Shown here piece by piece: positions 18,126-27,585 of a stretch of 64,000 nucleotides of DNA. The notes under the pieces were generated by a model. It was given only the letters and a program-made list of their open reading frames with translations. It did no database searches and was not told the DNA's origin. The stretch lies in NCBI GenBank assembly GCA_050951545.1, contig JBMNJG010000011.1:160001-224000 (forward strand). Direction: 5' to 3'. Each line of letters opens with the position of its first letter. Position 1 is the first letter of the stretch. The position numbers and the translations under genes were made by a program. The DNA is from Limnochordia bacterium. GTDB lineage: Bacteria; Bacillota; Limnochordia; DTU080.

Positions 18126-20816
18126 ATGAGTCCAGGACTGAGCGAATACGTGGCACCAGTTTGTGTGATTCTGGCGGCCGGTAGAGGCACACGCATGCGG
18201 TCTAAGCAGACGCACAAGGTTTGCTTTCCGATTGCGGGTAGGCCAGCGATTCTGCGAGCGATGGATGCCTATCAGGCGGCGGGGATCAGTCGGTTTGTCG
18301 TTGTGGTGGGGGCGATGGCTGGTCAAATTGTGGAAGTAGTGGGGCAAGAGTATCCTGAGGCGAGCTTTGTATACCAGCCCGAACAGCGGGGTACGGGTCA
18401 TGCTACCCGAGTAGGGATTACTCCACTGCGTGATATCGGCTACGAGGGGCCCATCTTTGTGACCATGGGCGACAAACTCGTAGAAGCAGAGGCCATCCGT
18501 GAGTTCCTGACCGCTTTTGGTGGTTCGGACCAGCTGGCCATGGTGGGCGTGGTGCCCCGGCAGCCCGGTAGTGAGGGCGGACGGATCCTTCTGCGCTCGG
18601 AGGGTCAACTGGCTGGCATCGTGGAAACGCGAGATATCCAGAAGGCCTCGATCTTGGAGAAGGCCTATATGCTAATGCATAGCGGAGCCGAGCAAACTGC
18701 GGCAGCCCTTGAGGAATTGGCCCAGACCGCTGAGGCAACCATTCCTGATGACACTAAGCGCAAGCTGGCCTTGGGGCCCCTCGCTGATGCCTTGGACATG
18801 CGGGATATGGCCGCCGTAGAAGAGATCATGCAAGGGTTGGAGCCCAACGTGCGCTTTGTCAGTGTGGGGCGGACTCGCTTTGCGCCCGCACAAGCCGCTG
18901 AGGCCAAGTACCAGAACGCAGCACTGTATCTTTTTCAGGCCCCGGCGCTTTATGAAAGCCTGCGCTGGATCAGCGCTGACAACGCCCAAAAAGAGGAGTA
19001 TCTCACCGATGCGGTCAACTACCTGGCCAATGCCACGGATGCAGGCCAAGTAGGCTATCATGTCCTCAACGCAGATGATGTGTTGACCTACAACAATCCC
19101 GAGGAACTCCTTCTGGTCGAAGAGCAGTTTCGCCGCCGGCACAGCCAGCGCAGCCCCGAGCGCTTGGCAGCTGGCTCCTTCCGCAGTGTAGAGGGGTGGT
19201 TGAACCTTTTCGATCGCGGCGGCCATGCGCTTCAGGCGGCTTTGGCGGACATCTATGGAAACGACAGCGAGCTGATTCAGGAGCGAGTCCAGACCTACCG
19301 TCACGTCTTGGAGCATTTTGGCAAGCTGTATGGTTTTGACAAGAAGGTTGTCCTGGTGCGAGCGCCCGGCCGGGTCAACATGATGGGGCGTCATATTGAG
19401 CATCGTGGTGGCAGTGTCAACGTGATGGCCATCAACAAAGAGGTCATCTTGGTGGCTGCGCCCAGAGCGGACGACACTGTGCGCGTCGCCAATACTGCCG
19501 ACGAGGCGTTTCCTGCCCAGGAATTTCGTATTGGCCTTGAGATCGCTGACATGCCGTGGGATGACTGGCTGAGCTATCTGAGCCAGGAGCGCGTCCAGCA
19601 ACTGGTGCGTGACTCGCACGGGCACTGGGTGAACTACGTCAAGGCTGCTTTCTTGCGTCTGCAGTTTCAGTGTCGTGACCGGCGGATCACGGGAATGGAC
19701 GCTGTCTTCAGTGGCAACATCCCCGTGGCGGCTGGTCTGTCTAGCTCGTCAGCGGTGGTGGTGGCCTCAGCGGAGGCGGCCGCGGCTTTGAACGACTTGG
19801 ATCTGGCGCCTCAGGATTTTGTGGATCTGTGCGGTGAGGGCGAGTGGTATGTGGGTACCCGGGGTGGGGCGGGAGATCACGCGGCGATGAAATTCGGCCA
19901 GCGCGGACAGCTGACCCAGATTGGCTTCTTTCCTTTCCAGGTTAAAGGAAGCGTCTCGTTCCCTGCGGAGTACCAGCTGATCGTGGCGAATTCGCACGTC
20001 AAAGCACAAAAGACGACGAATGCTCGAGATACGTTTAACCAGCGGGTGGCGGCTTATGAGTTCGGCTTGATGCTACTTAAGAAGCTGTTCCCTCTTCATG
20101 CGGCTAAGATGAAACGCTTGCGTGACGTGAATCCTACTACGCTGCAGGTGCGTCCCAGTGCCATCTATGAGATGATCATGGCTCTGCCCGAGACCCTGTC
20201 TCCTGCTGAGGTTCGGGAGCGCTTGGGGGACACACACGCGGCGGAACTGGATCGAATTATGCAAAGCCATGGTGCACCGGAACACTACCTGATTCGCTCT
20301 GTGGTGTTGTATGGAGTAGCGGAGTGTGTGCGGGCTGAGATGTGCCGTCAGCTACTAGAAGAAGGCGATGTACACGCTTTGGGGCGGCTGATGCAGATCA
20401 GCCATGACGGTGACAGGGTAGTGCGCTACACAGATGAAGGTGGACGCTGGCAGGCACATCCCTATGACTACATGGCTGGGACTGGCTATCTCAAGTCCCT
20501 GATGGCCGACTTACGGAGTGAGGATGTAGAACGTGTTATCCGCGCCCAGCTCTACCGGCAGCCGGGTGGCTATGCCTGTTCGACACCCGAGATCGATGAA
20601 ATGGTCGATCTCTCTTTGCAGGTTCCCAGTGTGGTAGGGGCGCAGCTTTCTGGAGCCGGTCTGGGCGGCTGCATCATGGTCTTGGTGCATCAGGACGGTG
20701 TCGACAGTTTGCATAGACTTCTTGAGGAGCGTTTCTATGAACCCAAGGGGTTGGAGCCTGCTCTAACGGTGAGCGCACCAGTGAAAGGGTCAGGCTTGAT
20801 CACGATTGCCCCATAG
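18126..20816 (+). CDS. Fused GlmU-like nucleotidyltransferase and galactokinase-like GHMP kinase (896 aa)
   Basis: AGGAGG + ATG 18126; ILAAGRGTRMRS, QRGTGHA, DNAQKEEYLTD; then RAPGRVNMMGRHIEH, IPVAAGLSSSSA, GAQLSGAGLGG. Confidence 0.88.
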   Translation: MSPGLSEYVAPVCVILAAGRGTRMRSKQTHKVCFPIAGRPAILRAMDAYQAAGISRFVVVVGAMAGQIVEVVGQEYPEASFVYQPEQRGTGHATRVGITPLRDIGYEGPIFVTMGDKLVEAEAIREFLTAFGGSDQLAMVGVVPRQPGSEGGRILLRSEGQLAGIVETRDIQKASILEKAYMLMHSGAEQTAAALEELAQTAEATIPDDTKRKLALGPLADALDMRDMAAVEEIMQGLEPNVRFVSVGRTRFAPAQAAEAKYQNAALYLFQAPALYESLRWISADNAQKEEYLTDAVNYLANATDAGQVGYHVLNADDVLTYNNPEELLLVEEQFRRRHSQRSPERLAAGSFRSVEGWLNLFDRGGHALQAALADIYGNDSELIQERVQTYRHVLEHFGKLYGFDKKVVLVRAPGRVNMMGRHIEHRGGSVNVMAINKEVILVAAPRADDTVRVANTADEAFPAQEFRIGLEIADMPWDDWLSYLSQERVQQLVRDSHGHWVNYVKAAFLRLQFQCRDRRITGMDAVFSGNIPVAAGLSSSSAVVVASAEAAAALNDLDLAPQDFVDLCGEGEWYVGTRGGAGDHAAMKFGQRGQLTQIGFFPFQVKGSVSFPAEYQLIVANSHVKAQKTTNARDTFNQRVAAYEFGLMLLKKLFPLHAAKMKRLRDVNPTTLQVRPSAIYEMIMALPETLSPAEVRERLGDTHAAELDRIMQSHGAPEHYLIRSVVLYGVAECVRAEMCRQLLEEGDVHALGRLMQISHDGDRVVRYTDEGGRWQAHPYDYMAGTGYLKSLMADLRSEDVERVIRAQLYRQPGGYACSTPEIDEMVDLSLQVPSVVGAQLSGAGLGGCIMVLVHQDGVDSLHRLLEERFYEPKGLEPALTVSAPVKGSGLITIAP

Positions 20817-20875
20817 GGCGAACACTGAAAGCAGGCGCTGAACACCTCGCTGGATGGCAATTGGAGGCCGTCGAC

Positions 20876-21673
20876 ATGCCTTTTCGAGGGGGCTTGAAGT
20901 TGGCAAGAGATGAGGCACAGGTAGGCCGGATTTCGCCACACGCTGTGGTGGGCGAGGATGTCGAGTTGGGCTATGGCGTGGTCCTGGAAGACGGTGTGCA
21001 AATCGGGGCAGGTTGCGTTTTGGGGCACTATGTGGTGGTGCATCGGGGCACCCGTGTGGGCGATAACTGCCAAGTTGGCGATCACAGCGTTCTGGGCAGA
21101 GCTCCAATGAAAGCCAAGACCAGCACACTTCAGAGCGGGGAGGTGCTGCCTCCTCTTGAGCTGGGCTCCGAGTGCATGGTTGGCGTGGGCGCTGTGCTTT
21201 ACGCGGGGAGTTCGCTCGGTGCAGGTTGCCTCGTCGCCGATGGCGCGCAAGTGCGTGAGCGGTGTCGTATCGGAGAGCATGTGATCATCGGACGCAGCGT
21301 CACCGTGGAGAATGACTGCCTGATCGGTGAGGCCACCAAACTGCAAAGTGGGGCGTATCTCACGGCGACATCGGTTCTCGAAGATCATGTCTTTATTGCC
21401 CCGATGGTCACGACGACCAATGACAACTACGTGGGCCGTACGGAGGCTCGCTTCCGGGAGCGCAAGGGTGTCACTGTCAAGCGCTATGGCCGGGTGGGTG
21501 GCGGAGCGGTGCTTTTGCCTGGGGTGACCGTCGGCGTAGAGGCCCTGGTGGCCGCTGGTGCTGTGGTTACCAGGGACGTTCCGGCGGGCCAGATCGTGAT
21601 GGGTGTGCCAGCACGTGTAGTACGGGAGGTGCCTGCCGAACAGCTGGTGCTATCGCCGGAGGAGGTAAGATAG
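20876..21673 (+). CDS. Hexapeptide-repeat sugar N-acetyltransferase (WbpD/WlbB-like)
   Basis: Left-handed beta-helix repeats, VFIAPMVTTTND, AGAVVTRDVP, GVPAR; exact start uncertain (20876 or 20900). Confidence 0.85.
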   Translation: MPFRGGLKLARDEAQVGRISPHAVVGEDVELGYGVVLEDGVQIGAGCVLGHYVVVHRGTRVGDNCQVGDHSVLGRAPMKAKTSTLQSGEVLPPLELGSECMVGVGAVLYAGSSLGAGCLVADGAQVRERCRIGEHVIIGRSVTVENDCLIGEATKLQSGAYLTATSVLEDHVFIAPMVTTTNDNYVGRTEARFRERKGVTVKRYGRVGGGAVLLPGVTVGVEALVAAGAVVTRDVPAGQIVMGVPARVVREVPAEQLVLSPEEVR

Positions 21674-21719
21674 GTACCGCACTAGGTATGGCGTACATAC
21701 TCTGCGAAGGGAAATCAGG

Positions 21720-23015
21720 ATGACCATGCTCAGAAAGCTGCTCTCCAAGGGAAGTTTTGTGCGCAGTGTCACCGTCTTAGCTGGAGGTACTGCCCTGGCG
21801 CAGGTCATCACAGTAGCCGTCTCGCCGTTTTTGACCCGACTGTACAAGCCTGAGGATTTCGGCCTCTTGGGGGCTTATGTGGCTGTTCTGGGCCTAGCGG
21901 TGCCACTGGCATCTTGGCGCTATGAGTTTGCTATTCCTCTGCCGAAGAGCGAGCAAGAAGCGTTCAACCTGCTGATTCTGGCCTTGGGTACGGTGGTGGT
22001 CATGACCGCCTTGCTCGCACTGGGAATCGGGGTGTTTGGGCAGCGGCTGGTTGTGTGGATGAAGGCGCCCGCGCTGAGACCATATCTGTGGCTACTGCCA
22101 GTGGGATTGCTTGGAGCGGGGGCCTATCAGGCTCTAAACTACTGGGCAGTACGGCGACAGGCTTTCGCGGTCATTGCCAGGACCAAACTCGCGCAGAGTA
22201 CGGGATCTGTAGGCACACAGCTGTTGGCGGGTTTGGGTGTCCCGGGTCCCCTGGGACTCATTGCTGGTCACGTCGTGGGTCAGGTGGGGGGCAGCAGTAG
22301 TCTGGCTCGCCTAGTAATGCGCAGCTGGCCAACACTCGGCCAGAGCATCAGTTGGGAGCAGATGCGGGCTATGGCCAAGCGGTACTGGCGCTTCCCCGTC
22401 TTTAGTGCTTCTGCATCCCTCTTCAACAGCGCCACCACCCAGGTCCCCACGCTCTTGCTCACGGCTTTCTACGGGGCCGATGTAACAGGCTGGTTTATCT
22501 TGGGTCAGAGGGTGTTAGGAGCACCAGCCGACCTTATCGGCAACTCGATCGGGCAGGTATACCTGAGCGAGGCAGCGCGACTGGTCGGAACTGATCCAGT
22601 TGCTCTGCGACGGCTCTTCTTCCGAACGGGGGGGCGCATGGCGCTGATCGCTGCAGCCCCTATGCTGGTTATCATGGCTTGGGGTCCGTGGTTGTTTTCC
22701 AGGATTTTCGGCCTGCAGTGGCTTGCTGCGGGTAGCTACGCGCGTCTTCTCGCAGTGTGGGTTTTCTTTGGGTTGGTTATCTCACCAATCGCCAGTCTGA
22801 ATGTGTTGGAGCGTCAGGATCTGTTCTTACTATGGAACGTCGGGCGCAGTATACTCACGGTGGGAGGTCTTTTCCTGTCTCATAGGTTGGGCTTGGGCCC
22901 ACATCAGGCGATTGGCGTCTACTCACTATGCATGGTTATCGCTTACATGGCGATCGCTTTGCTCTGGCTGTTGGCTGTGCAACAGCGCATAGAGGCCGTC
23001 GCGAGAGTTCACTGA
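21720..23015 (+). CDS. wzx: Oligosaccharide flippase
   Basis: GGTALAQ...PFLTRLYKPEDFG, RYEFAIPLP, multi-TM. Confidence 0.88.
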   Translation: MTMLRKLLSKGSFVRSVTVLAGGTALAQVITVAVSPFLTRLYKPEDFGLLGAYVAVLGLAVPLASWRYEFAIPLPKSEQEAFNLLILALGTVVVMTALLALGIGVFGQRLVVWMKAPALRPYLWLLPVGLLGAGAYQALNYWAVRRQAFAVIARTKLAQSTGSVGTQLLAGLGVPGPLGLIAGHVVGQVGGSSSLARLVMRSWPTLGQSISWEQMRAMAKRYWRFPVFSASASLFNSATTQVPTLLLTAFYGADVTGWFILGQRVLGAPADLIGNSIGQVYLSEAARLVGTDPVALRRLFFRTGGRMALIAAAPMLVIMAWGPWLFSRIFGLQWLAAGSYARLLAVWVFFGLVISPIASLNVLERQDLFLLWNVGRSILTVGGLFLSHRLGLGPHQAIGVYSLCMVIAYMAIALLWLLAVQQRIEAVARVH

Positions 23016-23030
23016 TTGAGGAGTCTGTGC

Positions 23031-24395
23031 ATGGGCTATTGCAACCCTCGGGACCAGTGGATGCGATTGCTTACTGACCGAATTCAGGAGTCCACTGGCA
23101 AAGCAGCAGAAGAAGAGTGCCATATCGGTATCATAGGTGCCCTGGGTGCTCACGATGTGGGCGACGAGGCCATGCTACGTTCGCTGATGGGTGAGATAGC
23201 AGGCAGAATGCCGGGCGCTGTGTTCACGGTGTTCTCCAACCGCCCAGAGGTCACGGATGCCTACTTGGGCACTCAGTCTGCGCCAACGCTTCACAGATGG
23301 CTTTACAACCGACGCAGCCTGCTATCATGGGTGCTGAACGGCGCAGATGCATTGGAGGCTACTCTCACCCGCCTGGCCGGAGCAGTCTTCCAGCTTGATC
23401 CGATTGTGTGTGACGAATGGCTATTGCGTGGCGTGCTGGCCCTGCTTGACAAGAGGCTTGACCGACTTACCCGCGACTCGACGTGTGGCCGTCTGCGGGG
23501 AGATGCATCCTTGCTTTCGGAGCATGTGCGCAGGGTTGCGGCATGTGACGTGGTGCTGCTACTGGGGGGAGGTTACCTCAACAGCTGGCACGTGAAGGCC
23601 CGGGCCTACATTACGCTGGCGACTGCCCAAATCGCGTTGCGGTTGGGTAGACCAGTCTTTGCCTCCGGGCTGAATCTGGGGCCCTTCAACCGCTATGATT
23701 TGCGCGCAGTAGGTCGGATTCTGGGTCAGTTCGAACTGATTGGCCTGCGAGACAGAGATGAGTCGCCAGAGGCCCTACGGCAGATGGGGATTTGGGATCC
23801 GGCCATTCATCACTTTAGCTCCGATGATGCTATCATGCTAGGAGTATCGACTCTCGGTCAACCTGAGCTGGAGGGGCTTACAGCGGAACTAGGCTCGTAC
23901 GTGGCTTTCCAGATGCACCGGTGGCTGCTAAGTACTAAGGATCTTCACTCTCTGAGCGCAGCTATGGCAGAGGCCTTGGACCAGGTAGTTGAACGGCATG
24001 ATGTTCATGTGCTCATGGTGCCGATGACTTTCGGTGAGGTTGGGTCACGCGACTTGGCGGTCATGAAGGGTGTGCAGGCGACCGCTCGGCATGCCGACCG
24101 CTTTCATGCAGCAGCAACAACACTCCAGCCTGAACAGCTGAAGTACCTGTTTTCGCGAGCACAGTGCGCTGTTGTCACTCGACATCATGCGTTTGTCTTC
24201 GCAGTGAGTTCAGGCGTGCCCTGCGTGGCGGTTGAGCTTGACCCTTATTATCGTATGAAGCTAGCAGGCATGGCGGGCGAATATGAGGGGCTATGCAGCA
24301 TCCTGCCTATGTCTGTATTGGAGCCAGCGTCGATTGTGGAGGCGGTCAGTGGTTATCTCACTGGCAACTGCGCGAAAAGCGGTGGATGTGAATGA
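23031..24395 (+). CDS. Polysaccharide pyruvyl transferase family protein
   Basis: DVGDEAM, LGGGYLN, GLNLGPF, GLRDRDES, TRHHAFV; GAGGAG RBS + ATG 23031. Confidence 0.8.
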   Translation: MGYCNPRDQWMRLLTDRIQESTGKAAEEECHIGIIGALGAHDVGDEAMLRSLMGEIAGRMPGAVFTVFSNRPEVTDAYLGTQSAPTLHRWLYNRRSLLSWVLNGADALEATLTRLAGAVFQLDPIVCDEWLLRGVLALLDKRLDRLTRDSTCGRLRGDASLLSEHVRRVAACDVVLLLGGGYLNSWHVKARAYITLATAQIALRLGRPVFASGLNLGPFNRYDLRAVGRILGQFELIGLRDRDESPEALRQMGIWDPAIHHFSSDDAIMLGVSTLGQPELEGLTAELGSYVAFQMHRWLLSTKDLHSLSAAMAEALDQVVERHDVHVLMVPMTFGEVGSRDLAVMKGVQATARHADRFHAAATTLQPEQLKYLFSRAQCAVVTRHHAFVFAVSSGVPCVAVELDPYYRMKLAGMAGEYEGLCSILPMSVLEPASIVEAVSGYLTGNCAKSGGCE

Positions 24396-25480
24396 GTAGG
24401 TTGCGCGTGCTGATCACCGATGTGGGTGCCAAGCATTCCATCGCCATCCAACGTCGTCTCAGGGCGAGGTTGTCAGACATATGGCTCATAGGGCACGATG
24501 AGAGCCGTCACTCATTGGCTCGCTTCTATGGTTGCCTAGATAGGATGATTACGGGTGTGGCCCTTGAGGATGCTCTAGCTGGAGAAGCATTTGACATGGT
24601 TATTCCTGTGAGTGCCCGGGCGGTCCGCACAGTATCGAAGAGGTGTCCTCAGTGCGCTGTGTTGCCAAGTCCTGCTGTTCTGGAGCGCTGTTGGAACAAG
24701 GCTGAGACTTTGGCCTTAGCCCAGGGTTTGGGCATACCCATACCTGCTACACGCCTTGTGAAGAGTCGGCATGAAATAGTAGATGAATGCTCGAGCTATC
24801 CATGTGTGGTCAAACCAGCGTGTGAGACTGAAGCCAAGGGAGTCTATTACGCTCGTAATGTGCGGGAGTGTCAGAGGTACGTGGATCTGCTGTTCGACAA
24901 GATGAGCGGAGAATCGCAGTATGGTGTACTGCTGCAGGAATACATCAAAGGCTGGGGCTGCGGTTTTTTCGCTCTATATGATCAAGGTAGTTGCAGGCGG
25001 GTTTTCATGCACCAGCGGATCCGGGAGTACCCGCCCTCGGGAGGGGGCAGTACTGCAGCGCGTGCTTTCTATGCCGAGACCCTCAAACAGATGGGTCTAC
25101 GGCTTCTGAATGCGCTCACCTACCATGGGGTGGCGATGGTCGAGTTTCGGTATTGTGAGGAGCGGGAGCAGTATGTGCTCATGGAGATCAACCCAAAGAT
25201 GTGGGGCTCGATAGAGCTGGCGCTGTGTGCGGATGCTGATTTTGCCGTAGACCTAGTCCGACTCTTTGGAGGCGAGAAGCTGGAGTACACGGAGGCCTAT
25301 GACCGCGATCTACATTTCTATTGGCCACTTGATGATGACCTGCTGCATCTTGCGCAGACGAGGCAGTGGCACAAAGTAAGGGAGTATCGATCGCCAGAAG
25401 CAGCGACCAATGTGGGACAGTCGGTACCTGCCGATGTCTACAAGAGCTTGCGGTTGCTCAAGAAGCTGTTTGTGGGGTGA
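24392..25480 (+). CDS. ATP-grasp carboxylate-amine ligase
   Basis: NKAETL, YPCVVKP, LLQEYI, REYPPSGGGS, MVEF, MEINPKMWGS. Confidence 0.85.
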   Translation: MSRLRVLITDVGAKHSIAIQRRLRARLSDIWLIGHDESRHSLARFYGCLDRMITGVALEDALAGEAFDMVIPVSARAVRTVSKRCPQCAVLPSPAVLERCWNKAETLALAQGLGIPIPATRLVKSRHEIVDECSSYPCVVKPACETEAKGVYYARNVRECQRYVDLLFDKMSGESQYGVLLQEYIKGWGCGFFALYDQGSCRRVFMHQRIREYPPSGGGSTAARAFYAETLKQMGLRLLNALTYHGVAMVEFRYCEEREQYVLMEINPKMWGSIELALCADADFAVDLVRLFGGEKLEYTEAYDRDLHFYWPLDDDLLHLAQTRQWHKVREYRSPEAATNVGQSVPADVYKSLRLLKKLFVG

Positions 25481-25484
25481 GTCC

Positions 25485-26189
25485 ATGGAACACGAGCGCC
25501 GTGGTGTGATTCATCTGCACTCTAGATACTCCTATGACTCCCTTCTGTCGCCCAGCCGTATTCTGATCACTGCTCAGGAGGCAGGCTGGGATTTCGTCAT
25601 ACTCACCGATCACAACACGATTCGCGGTTCTCAGGCTCTGCGGGAGCTGGCCCGCAAGAGGGCCCCCCACATCGATATACCTATCGCTGCTGAGTACCGG
25701 ACTGAGTGTGGGGACATGATCGCTGCCTTCATCGAGGAAGAGATCGTAGAGATGCGCTTGGCTGGTTTTGTGGCCAACGTAAAGGCGCAGGGGGGCCTAC
25801 TACTACTGCCCCATCCCTATGTTTCACATGATGATCCCGAGAGACTGGCTGTGGCTGCAGACCTGATCGAGGTAGCCAATTCCCGAGCGACACCAGAACA
25901 GAACCACAAAGCACTGGCTCTAGCCAAGCGTCTCGGTAAGCCAACCTACGTGGCGTCTGATGCCCATCTTAGGTGCGAACTAGGAAATGCAGTGGTAAAG
26001 GCGAGGGGCGGGGGACGGCTCCAGAATATACTGGAGGTTCTGGGGACTGAAGTGACGTATTTCTCCTGCGCAGCCCCGTCTGTCACCTACCGTTCACAGA
26101 TGATCAAGGCAGGGAAGACAGGTAGTGTCGGCCTTTTGGCTTATAACCTCTATGCATATGCTCGCTGGAGCGTGTCTGGGGATCGGTAG
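25485..26189 (+). CDS. PHP domain metal-dependent phosphoesterase
   Basis: HLHSRYSYD, LTDHN, PHPY, ASDAH. Confidence 0.85.
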   Translation: MEHERRGVIHLHSRYSYDSLLSPSRILITAQEAGWDFVILTDHNTIRGSQALRELARKRAPHIDIPIAAEYRTECGDMIAAFIEEEIVEMRLAGFVANVKAQGGLLLLPHPYVSHDDPERLAVAADLIEVANSRATPEQNHKALALAKRLGKPTYVASDAHLRCELGNAVVKARGGGRLQNILEVLGTEVTYFSCAAPSVTYRSQMIKAGKTGSVGLLAYNLYAYARWSVSGDR

Positions 26190-26200
26190 AGGAGTCTGCT

Positions 26201-27583
26201 GTGCTTATCGTTACGCATCCACCCACATATATTCCCGAGCGAGACTACGTTTTGTCGGTGATTCTGGGCGAGTTTCTGGGGCTGGAGTATCGCACAAGGG
26301 TCGCCGACTGTCTGGAGGTATCCATCACGAGGGAGGGCTGCGCTGATGGTCGTGTGCTTACGATGAGCGATCAGCTGTTCCAGACCCCGCAAGAGCAGTG
26401 GCTGACGCCTCTCGCCCTACCGCCCCGCCCAATAAGGGTATGGAATGCCGTTCCCGATGGGTTGCGTGAACGCCTTTTGGAATCATCGGTTCCAGTGCTT
26501 TACGGACGCCAACTCAGTAGCGGGGCGTTCTGTGTGTTCGGCGACACACATGTGCATCTAGGCATTGATATATTTGGCAGCTCCTTTTTTATGCTTACCT
26601 GTTATGAAGAGTTGGTCAGTTCAGTCAGAGACAGCTATGGTCGCTTTCCGGCCACGGAGTCACTTGCGTATCAGGTTGGTTTTTTGCACCGTCCTCTGAT
26701 CAACGAATACGTGGAGATACTCTGGGCGGCACTGGAGCACTTATGGCCCTCTCTGCGGCGTCAGGCACGCCGTTTTCAACTGCGTCTGACCCACGACGTC
26801 GATGAGGCGTACGTGGTGAGGGGCAAGAGTCTGCTGGCTGTAGCTCGCAGCACGCTTGCCGACCTTGTCTTGCGCAAAGACTCCCAGCTTGCGGGCAATC
26901 GACTGCTGTCGTGCTATCGGGTGCGGCGAGGGGATGGCGATGCAGATCTCTGCAATACCTTCGATTTCATCATGGACCTCAGTGAGGAGCAGGGGGTGGC
27001 GAGCGCATTCTACTTTATGAGTGCGTGCCAGAGTTGCTACTGTCTTAGTGATCCGTGGGTCTCTCGCCTGATGCGCCGTATCCACGAACGTGGGCATGAG
27101 CTGGGCTTTCACCCTGATCTAGGTACATTTCGCGATGCCCAGTTGCTGGCGCAGGAGTTTGGACGGTTGCGACAGACAAGCGAGGCCTTGGGTATCTCTC
27201 AGGAGAGGTGGGGTGGGCGTCACCACTACCTGCAATGGGATGCTTCTGTGACGTGGCAGGCTTGGGAGGATGCTGGGTTGGCCTATGACAGTAGCGTAGG
27301 CTTTGCTGATCAGGTGGGTTTCCGCTGCGGTACCTGTTACGAATTCCCCGTCTTCAATGTCCACACGCGTCAGAGATTGCAGTTGCGGGAGCGTCCTCTG
27401 ATCGTCATGGAGGCTACGTTGCTGGGGTACATGGGTCTTGACTGTGAAGAAGCTCTCGAGCAGGCCTTGCTGCTCAAGCGGGCCTGCAAGCGCTTCGAGG
27501 GTGAGTTTACGCTTCTTTGGCATAACGCCCGACTTATGCAACGGCGCGAAAGGGAGCTTTATAGGCACGTGGTGGAGGGTTAG
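26201..27583 (+). CDS. Polysaccharide deacetylase family protein (glycan-locus type)
   Basis: DSYGRF, LTHDVD, HELGFH, GGRHHYL, YDSS, TLLWHN. Confidence 0.82.
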   Translation: MLIVTHPPTYIPERDYVLSVILGEFLGLEYRTRVADCLEVSITREGCADGRVLTMSDQLFQTPQEQWLTPLALPPRPIRVWNAVPDGLRERLLESSVPVLYGRQLSSGAFCVFGDTHVHLGIDIFGSSFFMLTCYEELVSSVRDSYGRFPATESLAYQVGFLHRPLINEYVEILWAALEHLWPSLRRQARRFQLRLTHDVDEAYVVRGKSLLAVARSTLADLVLRKDSQLAGNRLLSCYRVRRGDGDADLCNTFDFIMDLSEEQGVASAFYFMSACQSCYCLSDPWVSRLMRRIHERGHELGFHPDLGTFRDAQLLAQEFGRLRQTSEALGISQERWGGRHHYLQWDASVTWQAWEDAGLAYDSSVGFADQVGFRCGTCYEFPVFNVHTRQRLQLRERPLIVMEATLLGYMGLDCEEALEQALLLKRACKRFEGEFTLLWHNARLMQRRERELYRHVVEG

Positions 27584-27585
27584 CC

